NCBI GenBank assembly: GCA_027604505.1
Contig: JADIIX010000115.1
Location: forward strand, 50,798-70,797
DNA from: Gonapodya sp. JEL0774
Taxonomy: Eukaryota
DNA: 20,000 bases
Direction: 5' to 3'
Part shown: positions 7,289 through 18,001 of the stretch, piece after piece
Layout: each line of letters opens with the position of its first letter
Position numbering within the stretch: position 1 is the stretch's first letter
The notes under the pieces: model-generated
Told to the model about the DNA's origin: nothing
What the model saw: the letters and a program-made list of their open reading frames with translations, nothing else
Databases searched by the model: none
Translations under genes and position numbers: made by a program

Positions 7289-10200
7289 ATGACAAACCAC
7301 GTGGATAGTGGCACCACGCTCCTACAGGTTATGGAGGTGGGCGGATGGCTGGTTTTTCCCTCTGTCTTCACCTGCCTTTCAATCATTCTTTCCTGCTCGT
7401 TTCTCCAATTAATGCGCCGATCCACCAGGCACTTGATATCCTCTACAGCCCAACAAATCCACCGAGTGCACCGATCGTAGCCCAGTACCAGTCCTTTCTC
7501 ATCAACGTCCAAAAGCTCCCCCTCGCTTGGGATCTTGCCGCGCTCCTGCTCAACGTCGGCTGGTACGGCGATCCCAATCCGAGGCCCGATGCGGTACCGC
7601 TGGTCTTGATCGAAGCCCATACGCCACCTGCTCCTGGTGTACCGCAGTCGTTGTCGTCGGGCCGTGTCAACTACATGTTCTTCGCCGCACATACCTGGGC
7701 GGTGAAGCTCTCGCGAGACTGGGACTCCCTCGATACAGCACATGGGACGTATACGAAGTTTCAGGATCCGTCGTTTATGCGAGACACGATTCTCTCCTGG
7801 GTGATTCGGCTCGCCTTCGCGGGGAGGAGAGCCCCTAAGCTTGTCCTGAATAAGCTCATGTCTGCGGTAAGTTCGCACCCACTATTCTGTTTTTCGTAGG
7901 CTTTAATTGATTTCCCACGGAAATTGTATTGTGCTATCGTGGATTTGGGGCGTGTACTCTTATGATAAGGTCGTATCTTTCGCAATCCGAGCACCCCCCA
8001 CCTTCTTCCCGTCTTTCCCCGCCTCTTTCGCCTCGCTCTGCATCCTCGCTTCGACGCACCTCATTTCCTCCCAGCCTCAAGATCCCACGCAACTGCACAC
8101 ACTGAGCATATCCACATGCCGGGCTCTCTTTCCCCAATTGTATGATAGCGCAACGATATTCGAGGCATCGGATGGTCCTCGTCAGGAGCCCTCGTGGCCA
8201 GTGGTCTCCGATCCGGCTCTTTTGGAAACCCCCTTGCGAGAAATTGTTGTCGTCGCAGCTACGACCCAGGATCCAACGGGCGCAGCAGACGTCGCTGAGA
8301 CGCTTGTTTGTTCTATTTTCTCCTTCGCGGGAACGGCTGTGGATGAGGTTCAAAGCGCAGAGCTTGTGGGTTCACGCAAGTGAGTAACTATGTGTGGTTC
8401 CCATGTGAGGGTACATATCTATAAGACGTTCTGCAGACCTCAAATAGAGTCAGCAGTATCTTCTGCTCTACCGCTTGTCGTCCGACTGTGCACTGTTGTG
8501 CTCCAAACGTGTGCGCCGTCACCGCAACCCGCGCCAACCCGACCGCGGCAAGATGCGGCCATGGAACTGGTGCGGAGCGCCGCGCAGTTTGTTGACAGTT
8601 CGGTCAGATGGGGACTGGATACCACGTGAGTTTAGCAAAGTAAGGGGGGTGTGTGTTGCGACGGTTATCCACCATTGTTTCAATTCGTGTTCTTATGAAT
8701 CAAGCACTCTCGCTCTTCTGCCACCGTATCTTCTGCCACACCTTCTGCTCTGCCCTTCAGTGCAGAGCCTGTCTGACTCACTTACATTCGAGTCAGCTTG
8801 TGAAGCTCTCACTTCCGTCGTTGGCGCCAAGTCCTGCACGGACCGCATTGCCACGAGTATCATCGGTGGACTTTGGGGTACACACGTAACAGGCAAGAGT
8901 TGGGCTAAGACGTTAGTGCAAGATGCTGTTATCTGTGAGCAATTTCATTTCGAAGCATCATTTCGAAAACATTCGTCAGATTGTTACTCAGTGTTTGGCC
9001 GCTTAGCCCAGGACGCAAACCCACTTACGCCTCTTATTGCTCTCCTTGCGCAGATTGGTGAATCTTTCGCCAGCTACCTCGCCCGCCGCGTCCGAGAAAT
9101 GTCGGCGCCTTTGAAACCAGATTCAGCTGGTGAAGTCGCCGCAGTGAAAGAGTTGTTGGAAACTGCCCTACTCATTTCCAACTGGCCTGGACAATATCCA
9201 GACGATGAGGATATTTCGTAAGTTAAACCCGATGTATTGGAGTTCCCGTCGTGTGATCTTGTGTCGTAAACGCCAAAACTTAAAAAGGCAAACACTCTTA
9301 CCGTGTTGGTCATATCTTGCCGAATCTCTTACAGATGTATCGGATGGAAATCCGAAACTCCCGCTTTCGGAGGTTGATGGTACCCTTCAGATTCCGGTTA
9401 CAAGTTCCAACATATCTGGAGCATCTGGAGCACCTTTGCAAATTCTCCGCGCCCTCGTTTCTGTGCTCGTGGAAAAGGCTTCCTATCCTGCCGTATATTT
9501 GCAGTTTGTTAATTGGCCGGATGCTGCTCTAGATCAATGGAGGACCTATCGGACCGACGCCGCGGATACTGTGGTGGCGGTTGCAGGTGCTGTGAGAGGT
9601 GCTGTGGTTGGCTGGCTGATTGAAATGGCTGCGGAAGCAATGGACGGCGTGGCGCAGCGAGAAGCATGGCAGGTAAATATCACCACCACTTCGGCCAGTG
9701 GAACATTTAGATTTTTTGAGTATTCCTATCGCAAAACTGGCACCAGCCGTTAGAATCTGTGCTTCACCTTATTCGTGCTGCAGCTGAGGAGATTCCAGCC
9801 GCAGAATCTGAGCACGTACCCAATGTGTTCTCGGATGTTGTAGCTCGAATTCTTCAATGGCAGCAACCGGAGGAGACCAAGCGTTTACCTTGGACAAAGG
9901 TAAGATATCAAACGATAATGTTGTGTGGTGGGTATCGCATCTGGTTAGCTTCGTTGGTTGCACTATAATATTTTAAGCTGGGCCCTAGGTTCATATTCCG
10001 AATGGCTGAAGCGTCATCCCAGTCACCTTCCTCTTGCCGTCAACATTGTAGTTGCCGGGCTCGCGCAGCCTGATCTAGCTCCCGCCGCCGCCAGTGCCCT
10101 CAAGGAGCTGTGTGATAACTGCAGACAACCACTTGCGGAGGGAATCGAATGGCTTGTAGGGGTGTATTTGGAGACTGCGAGAAACATCCAGGTGTGCGTC

Positions 10201-11691
10201 TTTCTTCTTGGTCGAATTTGTGTCGGCGTTCCTCTCAACGTTACCACCATGTTAGCCTCTTGAAAGGACCCGAGTCATTGAAGCTGTCGCTTCCGTTATT
10301 CAAGCTCTCCCTAATACAACAGCGTCTGCGCCTCACATTGCACGTGTACTTACGGACGTCATTGGGGGCATCCAGGTCTCTCTAAATGCGATTTTGGCAA
10401 ATGAATATGGGCATTCGAAAAGTCTCGCTGTACACAAATTGGAAATTGTCAATGGACTCAACTGCCTCGTCGCATTTATGAAGGGTGTGCGAGAAGTTGA
10501 GAGAGTCGAAGTCTCATCGGATGATGAGAGTTCGGAACGGGAACTGCCAAAACCGGCACTCATGAAGGGATTGTCAGAGTCAATTGATGAATCGAAAGAG
10601 GTTGTCGAAGGGACCTGGACTGTCGTGGATTCAATCGCCCGGCGATTCTCGGGAGAAAATGATGTGAACGATGTGAGCTCTTCACTGCACTGAGTTCACG
10701 AAAATATTCTCCATGATTCTCCACCATCGACCAGGCTCTTTGCTCGCTCTTTATTGCAGCGGTTCGCAACCCGTCGCCCTCGTTTCCGTTACTAAAACTT
10801 CGTGGAAATCAGCTCACATCACTCGTTTCCGATATGTTCAACACTACACCGCGAAATAACTTGCTGGAGTGCGCAACCGCAATCGTTTGTTCTTCCGGAC
10901 CTGCGAGCAACAATGAAGCAATCGTGGCATCTTGCATGCGACTCGTCCAGAGCATCACGCAGAGAGTGACCACAATAATTACGAGTGACAAAGCTGTGGA
11001 GGAGTATCCGGATCTGGTGCAAGGATACCTTGATCTCTTATCGCAGTGCACCAGATCCGTTCCCGCTGTTTTGGTGTCGCTCTCACCTGACGCGGCCGAC
11101 TACATATTCATGAAGCTCGTACCTACTGCCCTTACCGCCCAGGAAAAGCTGGCAGCTAAGAGTGTGACCGGGTTTTTAGGAGAGTTTCTCAGCAAAGATG
11201 TGGATGGAGGGGAGATTAACCATGTGGTGAAGCAAGTAGTAGGGAGGATCGGTGTGGACCTTGTAAGGGAGTTGCTGGTGGTGAGTTCTTTAAATGCTTT
11301 CAAATCTCTCGAAAGATTCTGAACTCTGGCATCAATAGAATGTTGCCGGACGGTCCCCGCGAAGCATGGTACCAGCCATCTCCGAATGTCTTTTTAGATT
11401 ATGTTATCGATACCCAGAAGCTACGCGAGCTGCTTTGATCCAATGTCTCGGGCAGGATGGCTTCCCAAGTTCACGTGTGGACGCAGCCGCCAAGGAGATG
11501 TTTGTGAAGGAGGTTTTGACGTAAGTGCCCCTCGCCTTGACGTTTTTCCCGAACTCATTTGGAAATACTCATTTGGAAATATTGGTACATCACACAGCAC
11601 ACGTCAATTGAAGCGATTCCGTGAAATAGTGAAGATCTTCTCACTCAAATGTCGTGGGCTTGAAAACACTGCGTTCGGCGCTGTTGTCTAG
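7289..11691 (+). CDS. IPO13: Importin-13/transportin-SR-like karyopherin-beta, 13 exons: 7289-7336, 7429-7866, 7970-8379, 8437-8625, 8705-8934, 9007-9217, 9288-9672, 9747-9927, 9989-10191, 10256-10672, 10735-11280, 11339-11520, 11598-11691
   Basis: Importin N-terminal features (ALDILYS..., QKLPLAWDLA, FFAAHTWAVKLSRDWDSL), PGQYPDDEDIS..LLPCWSYL, GSYSEWLKRHP, AAASALKELCDNC, YPDLVQGYLDL, AGRSPRSM and the C-terminus KRFREIVKIFSLKCRGLENTAFG, which resembles the importin-13 C-terminus. Intron phases are consistent throughout. Confidence 0.85.
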
Positions 11692-12010
11692 GGAAATTAA
11701 AGAATTCGTTGCATTTTCGATACGAAATAGATGATTCGCTTGCTTTAGTCGACGTGAACGCCCATGATCGAACGGCCACCCAAAAAGTGAATTCTGCTTT
11801 ACTCTTTTATTTTCACTGCCCCATGCTTTTCTCAGAAATGAGAAACTAGTGCAAAAGAACATGTCGAAGTTCCAAAACCTTATGTCGTCTTCGTTATTGA
11901 GGCTCCAAGGTGATGGCTTCAACCCATGAACAGCGTCGTCGCTTATCGCAAACCCTCGGATGCCAATTTGCTTCCGATATCTGTGAAGACGAATATATTA
12001 GCACTAATAT

Positions 12011-12353
12011 TAAATGTCTGGATGTCGTGGGTGGCAGGGTCCGGATTTAAATGTTGACTTAAATGCGTGTAAATAATATCAGCGACTTTCCAGCCACCAA
12101 AAGTGAAAAAATATTTCGAATGGCAAATAAGCTAAATGTATATTTCTGCACCAAATTCTCGAAAACAATATTTCTGATCAATTCATTTAGTTTTTGTCCC
12201 CCACCGTCTCTGCCTCATGAGGTTTGTTGAGCCTTCGGGGCATTTCTGACGTGGACACGTCAAGTCCACAAGCTCGGAGATTCCTCCTGACCAGAAGCGT
12301 CATGAGGTGTTCCCCGTAGGCCAGAGCTATAGGGGGGACTTCAGCATTTAGTT
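12011..12353. repeat. Array of TAAATG motifs plus a ~145-bp imperfect foldback; probable terminal/subterminal region of a mobile element
   Basis: TAAATG at 12011, 12048, 12060 and 12133, and inverted at 12184 and 12345. GTCCCCC (12196) pairs with GGGGGAC (12333-12339); GCCTCATGA (12212) pairs with TCATGAGGT (12300). Confidence 0.4.
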
Positions 12354-12424
12354 CACCTCCCAAGTGTGTCTCCCGAAACCTCACCTTCTCACCCGACATT
12401 TTCTAATAGCACTTGTCACCAAAA

Positions 12425-15128
12425 ATGAGCTCGTCTTCGGACATTATCTTTGTGAATGGCAAACAGCTGCCTGTGACCACTGGTGAGTGTTGGTTGCTGT
12501 CCTGGTCATGGCGGGACATTCAGGGTAGCGTGGAGTTCAACCTTCGTTGCAGAACATTGACTAGGGGCCTTGTGCAAATCACAGCAACAAGTCTTCAGCA
12601 GCTTTGTTTGGCCTTGCGTTTGCATGGGCCTTTTACTCTGGTGACTGCCAGGGGGGAGACTGTTACACTTGGTTCCGACGGCGACACTTTTCCAGTAATT
12701 GCGGGGGGCATGTATGTGGCTCAGCTCCAAGCTGACATTGATAAGCAAGCGGCATCCCAGTCTCTTCAGGCGCTGACTTCTGCAGCAGAACAGCCGTCCG
12801 GCGCTGACGTGAGTACTCAGTTGCAGCGAAGTTCGTTGTGTTCCTGGTGCTTCTAGATTTCATTCCGATCTTGGACCTCGATCAGCTTCCAACAAGTCAA
12901 GTCGATGTCTCTACGCGTGGCCCAGATAATTGCAGAGTGCCGCTGGTGCCCTTCTTGCTGATTCAGCTGTACTCGCAGTACGCCAGTTGAATTGTTCCCG
13001 CGCTGCTCAACTCGGAACCAAAATCTCATGCAAGTGTATGAACTTCAATCGATCGATAATTTTCGCAACTAGCTGCCCTGACGTCCGACTCCCACGCCCA
13101 ACAGATGGACGGTGTGGTCCAATTGTGTCAAGTCGCTCCTGCTGGGAATCCCGTCAATGCTATGAAGCATCGGCAACCGTTTGTAGGAGCTCCAGTCGAT
13201 GCAATGGGTCTTGAGCAGTTTCAAGTGAGTTGTGTTGTGATTCGGACTTCGGGTTTGGAGAATGAGTGAAAACCACTTGGGATTCGCACCAGCTCGGCTT
13301 GTGTCACCCATCCGCGCCACTTCAGCAAGGCGTCTACAACTCTCATAACGTTCCATTCTTACAACAATTCTCCAACTACCCCACAAATTTTGGATCTTAT
13401 GGTTCCCAGGTGGAAGTCAGTGAATTCGGAATCTCAGTTTATCTCACCAATTACTGCAAGCTATTAATGGAAACAATGTCTTTCCCTTGGCAAGGGTAAT
13501 CAATTTGGATTACAATTTCACCCAGCTGCTGGTGGAAGTGTACCAGTGAGGCATCGTGATAATCAGTCCATCTCTAAACAACATGCACATAATTATGCAC
13601 AACTAAACTACCGATTTTCACCGAATCAATCCTTGTGAAATTCTTGAAGCTTGGTGTGACCTCTATGCTCGGCAGCTCTTCTGTGCTTGGACGCTTCCCC
13701 AACGCCATGCAAGCCTTCGCAAGATCGGGATCAGCGCATGAACATGGGGCATGACCAGGCTTTAGTGGACATTGAGAACACTCTCAATGCTGCTGAGGCT
13801 GCTCATCCACCTCGAGACCGTCAGCACTTCAGGCGGTACAGTAGCTACGGCAGTCGTGCCCAGGTTGGTCCATTTAAACCACCAGCAAAGAACAGGGGAA
13901 GGCCACCAAAAGGCAACATACCAGCTCCAACTATTGATGAGAAGACTTTTTTTGGATTCACGCTCCTCGGTGAATTACAACTATGATGCATATCACAAGT
14001 TGCAGAGTTTCATGTTTCATTTTTGTGTATTGCTGCATTCTCAGGTGATAATGATGGAGTGGTCCATTGCATCATCAAGTTTACTGCTTAGAAAGCAGGG
14101 CATCAATCTTCCATGAAGAAAGTTCAAGAAGTGAATGTCATTGTCCAAGAGGTTCAAAACATTTCGTGACGAGAGCCACCATGCGCCACCTGCCCCGATC
14201 AGATGCCATTCAGCAAGTCATATTCGTTCATTAAAGGTACTGAAGAGGAGTTGCTCCAGCACTTCTGCGACCAGCTTGCCAGGGGAATTCAGCAGTGCAG
14301 CTACAAGTTCCGAAGTGCAGTTCCTGTCCTCTCATACACAGACACTGACTGCAAGATATCCGTAGTTCAGGATGACAACATTGGTACAAGATCTTGTAAG
14401 TGCTTTGAGTGGAAGGAAAAAGACAAGCGATTTACTGAGATTTTCATTTGATTATATGGTGCACAGTCTTCATTCGCCACCAGTCAGATACACATTCTGC
14501 TTCTCAAAAAGGAACCAACTGATGTACCCCCCACCAAGAAGATCAAGATCAAATCAAAGCCCAAGATGAACATAGTATCTGATGCCAAACTTGGGATGCC
14601 ACAGATTGTTGAGGTGTGTGCATTCATTTCGAGCAATTGTTTGGCCAGCTACTTACAATCTAACACGATATATGATAGGCTACTGGGTGCAACAATCCAG
14701 AGATATTAAAGGCACAGACACACTCAAGTGATTTCTCATGTGGAATTTGCTATCGAATTCCAGAGAGTGAGTGCATACTTTTGACTTTGGTCATGTCATT
14801 AAACACTAATGCAGACACCACCCTCACTTAATGTTTCTCAGGCTATGTGATCTGTCGTGGACGCCTCGTTCTCTTCTGCAAAACATGTTGTCTCTCTTAC
14901 ACAAAGAAAGTTTGTCCTCCGTGCAAAAGGAATGAGGCCAATCCCTACTCATCAACTCCTGCGGATGGCAAAACCGGTTCACCCTGGTACAGTTTCTGGC
15001 AGTTGCCTAGCTGTCTTCTGCACTTCTTGAAGAATGAATTTGAAGAGCACTGCAAGCACTATGCCACTCTTCCACATGAGGACAACATTGGAAATAGAGA
15101 TGACCTGGCTTTCCTTTTCTTTGATTAA
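12425..15128 (+). pseudogene. Multi-exon pseudogene with an AT-hook-like motif and a C-terminal degenerate RING finger
   Basis: ATG at 12425 and a series of GT-AG introns (e.g. 12483-12584, 12809-12856, 12978-13072, 13225-13292, 14767-14841). RGRPPK near 13893. Spliced C-terminus CGIC-YRIPESYVI-C-RGRLVLF-CKTC-CLSYTKKV-CPPCK. In-frame stops at 12959 (TGA), 14089 (TAG) and 14167 (TGA), plus two junctions whose phase I could not reconcile. Confidence 0.62.
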
Positions 15129-15199
15129 TCTACGTAGTCTTTATCAAATATAGTGAACAAAAGTAGTAGTACAAAGTTCAAAATATATTAACGTAGTAA

Positions 15200-16720
15200 T
15201 CAACTCTTTAGTCCTGTGCCAAACAATAAGAGCATCAGTGCAAATGTGATAGCACCCCTGGATCAACAGTCTCAGGAAACACCTGACACTGAACACCAGC
15301 ACACAAGCTCCTTGCTTGTACACGGTGGGCACGGGGCGGGGGGCGGGTTTGGTGGACCCACCCACCATCAGACTCCAGCTGCTGCCTTGCCCACCTTCCT
15401 CTCATCCTCCCCACCAAACCGCTCCCTGTCCCCTCCCCTCACTCACCCCTCAAGCAACCCCACGGCCTTGGAGAGGAACTCGAGGCAGGCCACGAGACTG
15501 GACGGGTCAAGTGCGATAGGAAATGGAGGCAGTTGTTCTGTCGTGGGTGTGGTGCCAAGAGAAGGGGTCCACCACTGTACCCTGCGTACCCTGTATCCCC
15601 AACCCCTGGCTGTCCCGTTTGCCCTCCGCATCTGCACCTGCGCTTGCCTGTCAATACTCTGCCTCTGTGCCGGCACCGCCACTGCGGCTCCACTTCTTGC
15701 TCCCCCCAGCACTGGGCCTTCCATCAACTGCCAATGCAGTGGCACACCTCCACCTCAAGCTGTGTTGAGAGACTGGCAGGGGGACCTTGAACCTGAACCT
15801 CCTGTTGCTCCCCCACAAAAAACCACCCCTGCCCTGTGCCCCGTCGAGCGACTGGCGGGGTGACCCCCACCAGAGTACCCACACCACTTGTCCTTTGCGT
15901 CTGTTGTTGCTGCTGCATCTCCTGTTCCTGTCCCTATCCACTGCTGTGGCGATGTGCCCCGTCCAGTCCTCTGTTCCCTGTCCCTCTCCAAGGACTGCCG
16001 TGGTGACACCGAATTTAAAGCCGTTGTCCTCCCCTGCCCCTGCGTCACATACTTGACCAACAACCATCTAGGGGACCCTCCTGTGGCGTCTCGTTGCGGC
16101 TGGTACTGCTGTTGCTGTTGCTTTTGCACTGCTGTTCTCTCCCTCTTGATGGATTGTCTCTGGGTTGGTGGGGACAGGGACATGGGCATTGTCGGTGCCA
16201 ATGGTGGTTGTGGCTGTGGTTGCAAGGTGGCTTACGGTACATGCAGGAGGGGGAGTAGCGTTATTCCATGTCAACGTTGACATGGCACTGCATGCATGCT
16301 CAACCTCACCATCACACCACATTCACCCCTGAACCGCCCCACGTACCGCCCCGCCGCTACCCGAATGCCTCCAGTCCCTGCGCAACACGCTTGCCGGCAT
16401 GGGTTCCAGATCTGCCTGTGGTGGTGGTCAAGTGGTGAGCAGGTTGGGCGAGGGGGACCATTGTGGGGTAGTGGGGAGGGAGCGGGAGCGGGAGCCACCC
16501 AGCGTTTGGCTTGTGAACACACCTTGATTTGGAAGGTCCTATTAGGGAGCAGTTTGCTCAAGGGACAGCGCCAGTGGCAGTGCACTCACCTTCCACTCTT
16601 GACTGAACTGTGTCAAGGCTCACCTGCTCCACCTCTTCTGCCTAGTAGCCGCCAGACCACGCGCAGCAAAGTGACGTTCAGCCAAGATGTTAGATGTTTC
16701 AGTGCTTGCATGTAATATAT
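15200..16720 (-). pseudogene. Degraded, GC-rich, low-complexity gene fragment of unknown origin
   Basis: Minus-strand intron-like segment (gtgagt near 16589 to aatag near 16540) and Q/P/G-rich peptide stretches that switch frames and are broken by stops (e.g. SLVACLEFLSKAVGLLEG*VRGGDRERFGG). No recognisable domain. Confidence 0.35.
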
Positions 16721-16825
16721 TGACAGATGACCATTGGGGGCGGTGGATGTGTGGGAAGTGGAGGCCCGTCATGGATAATGGGTTGAAGCAGCAGGAAAAA
16801 CTTACGATTTCGCTTGGCTGAGTCA

Positions 16826-17560
16826 CTACAGCAGAGAATATTTGACGAAAGGTTGGAGGTTTGCAAGCATTGTGAAAGTGGGAATGGTGCGAATTTGTGA
16901 GGCGCCTGAAAATTGGCAGAACGCAGATTGCAAGAAAACATTTATCAGCTGCGAGTAAATAGCAAAGGACATGCTGAGGGAGATGCTACGTGATACTATT
17001 GAGTAGGAACGGCCACGATGGAATTGCTGGAAGGATCTGCAATGCCTGGGGGGGGGGGGGGGGTTTGAGAGGTGAACAGGCAGACTACAGAGAAAGACAT
17101 GCAAAGCTTTTGAAGTGCTAGGGAGGACAACAGAGGTCTATTCGCAGTCCACTCACCTGTTTGAGACACAGAAGTTACAAACATCCATCCGTGCCAAGCC
17201 CTCAGGTGACTTGACACAGATGCCAATAGTGAAAGGGCTCCTGTCCATCTTTGAGCACAGTTGGCATCGTTGATTTGGTGGAAGTTCAAAGCTTGCAGTG
17301 ACAAGCCGGGAAGCTGAGAGGACAGAGGCCAAAAAAACAGAGTCAAGAATCATCAACAACAACACTTTGTTTTTGACAATCTCTTGCCCACAATTGAATT
17401 GGGACCCGCGTCCGGGACTTCCATTCGCCTTCAATCCACTCCTTCTTGTTCTGCATCGTCACCCACTCGGCACTCACCACGGCCCATCTGTCCCACAAAT
17501 GATCAACAGCGCAGTTTACCTGCTTGATACATTCGAGGTTTTCATTTGATGTGCCACCAT
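16826..17560 (-). pseudogene. Small Cys-cluster (DUF3716/zinc-cluster-like) gene or remnant
   Basis: Peptide RCQLCSKMDRSPFTIGICVKSPEGLARMDVCNFCVSNR continues as HCRSF across a gtgagt...cccccag intron (17156-17046). Candidate ATG at 17560. Exon structure uncertain. Confidence 0.35.
17048..17063. repeat. G16 homopolymer
   Basis: 16 consecutive G; forms the poly-C tract just before the minus-strand acceptor at 17047-17046. Confidence 0.9.
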
Positions 17561-17742
17561 GTTGACTGGTGCTGTGGATATGGTGGTGCAGAATGCAAGA
17601 AGTGGTTTATGGTAATATGGGGGGGTGGGCTGGAATGGATAGAGAGAGTAATGGTAATTGGTGAAACACTGGAATCAACAGAGAAAGTCGAGCCTGTTGG
17701 TGCAGGTTGAACGCAGGTTGGGGAGGGGTCTGAGGGGATCAG

Positions 17743-17804
17743 TCAGGTGGACAGTCCCATGAACACAAAACATCAGGTGGACAGTCTCATGAACACAAAA
17801 TATC
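17743..17804. repeat. 30-bp tandem duplication (2 copies)
   Basis: TCAGGTGGACAGTC(C/T)CATGAACACAAAA(C/T)A occurs twice, with two C/T differences. Confidence 0.9.
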
Positions 17805-18001
17805 CAACCACACTACACGATGGCAAACAACGTCTCGTCTTGTCAGCTCAGAGATAAAAGGCCCTGAAGTGAGTTTGTCCAGCATACTTGAACTGTTACT
17901 TTTACCATGAGTGGTTACTACAAAAGGTTTCTGTCTTTGGTACTACCAAGTATGAACACTGCCATGAACTATATCAGTACGCATATGTATTCAGTTTACA
18001 A

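Noticed and set aside
7159..7878. 239-aa minus-strand ORF and other long antisense ORFs (e.g. 7934-8353)
   Set aside because: Antisense shadows of the importin exons with no recognisable motifs.
12944..12961. In-frame TGA after WCPSC as possible selenocysteine or thioredoxin-like motif (some early-diverging fungi use Sec)
   Set aside because: The same gene has an in-frame TAG (14089), another TGA (14167) and unresolved phase breaks, and I saw no SECIS after 15128. CGA-to-TGA decay is simpler.
17855..17873. TAAAAGGCCCTGAAGTGAG resembling the hAT TIR or a transposon end
   Set aside because: It needs indels to align, and there is no partner end, subterminal repeats or TSD in the window.
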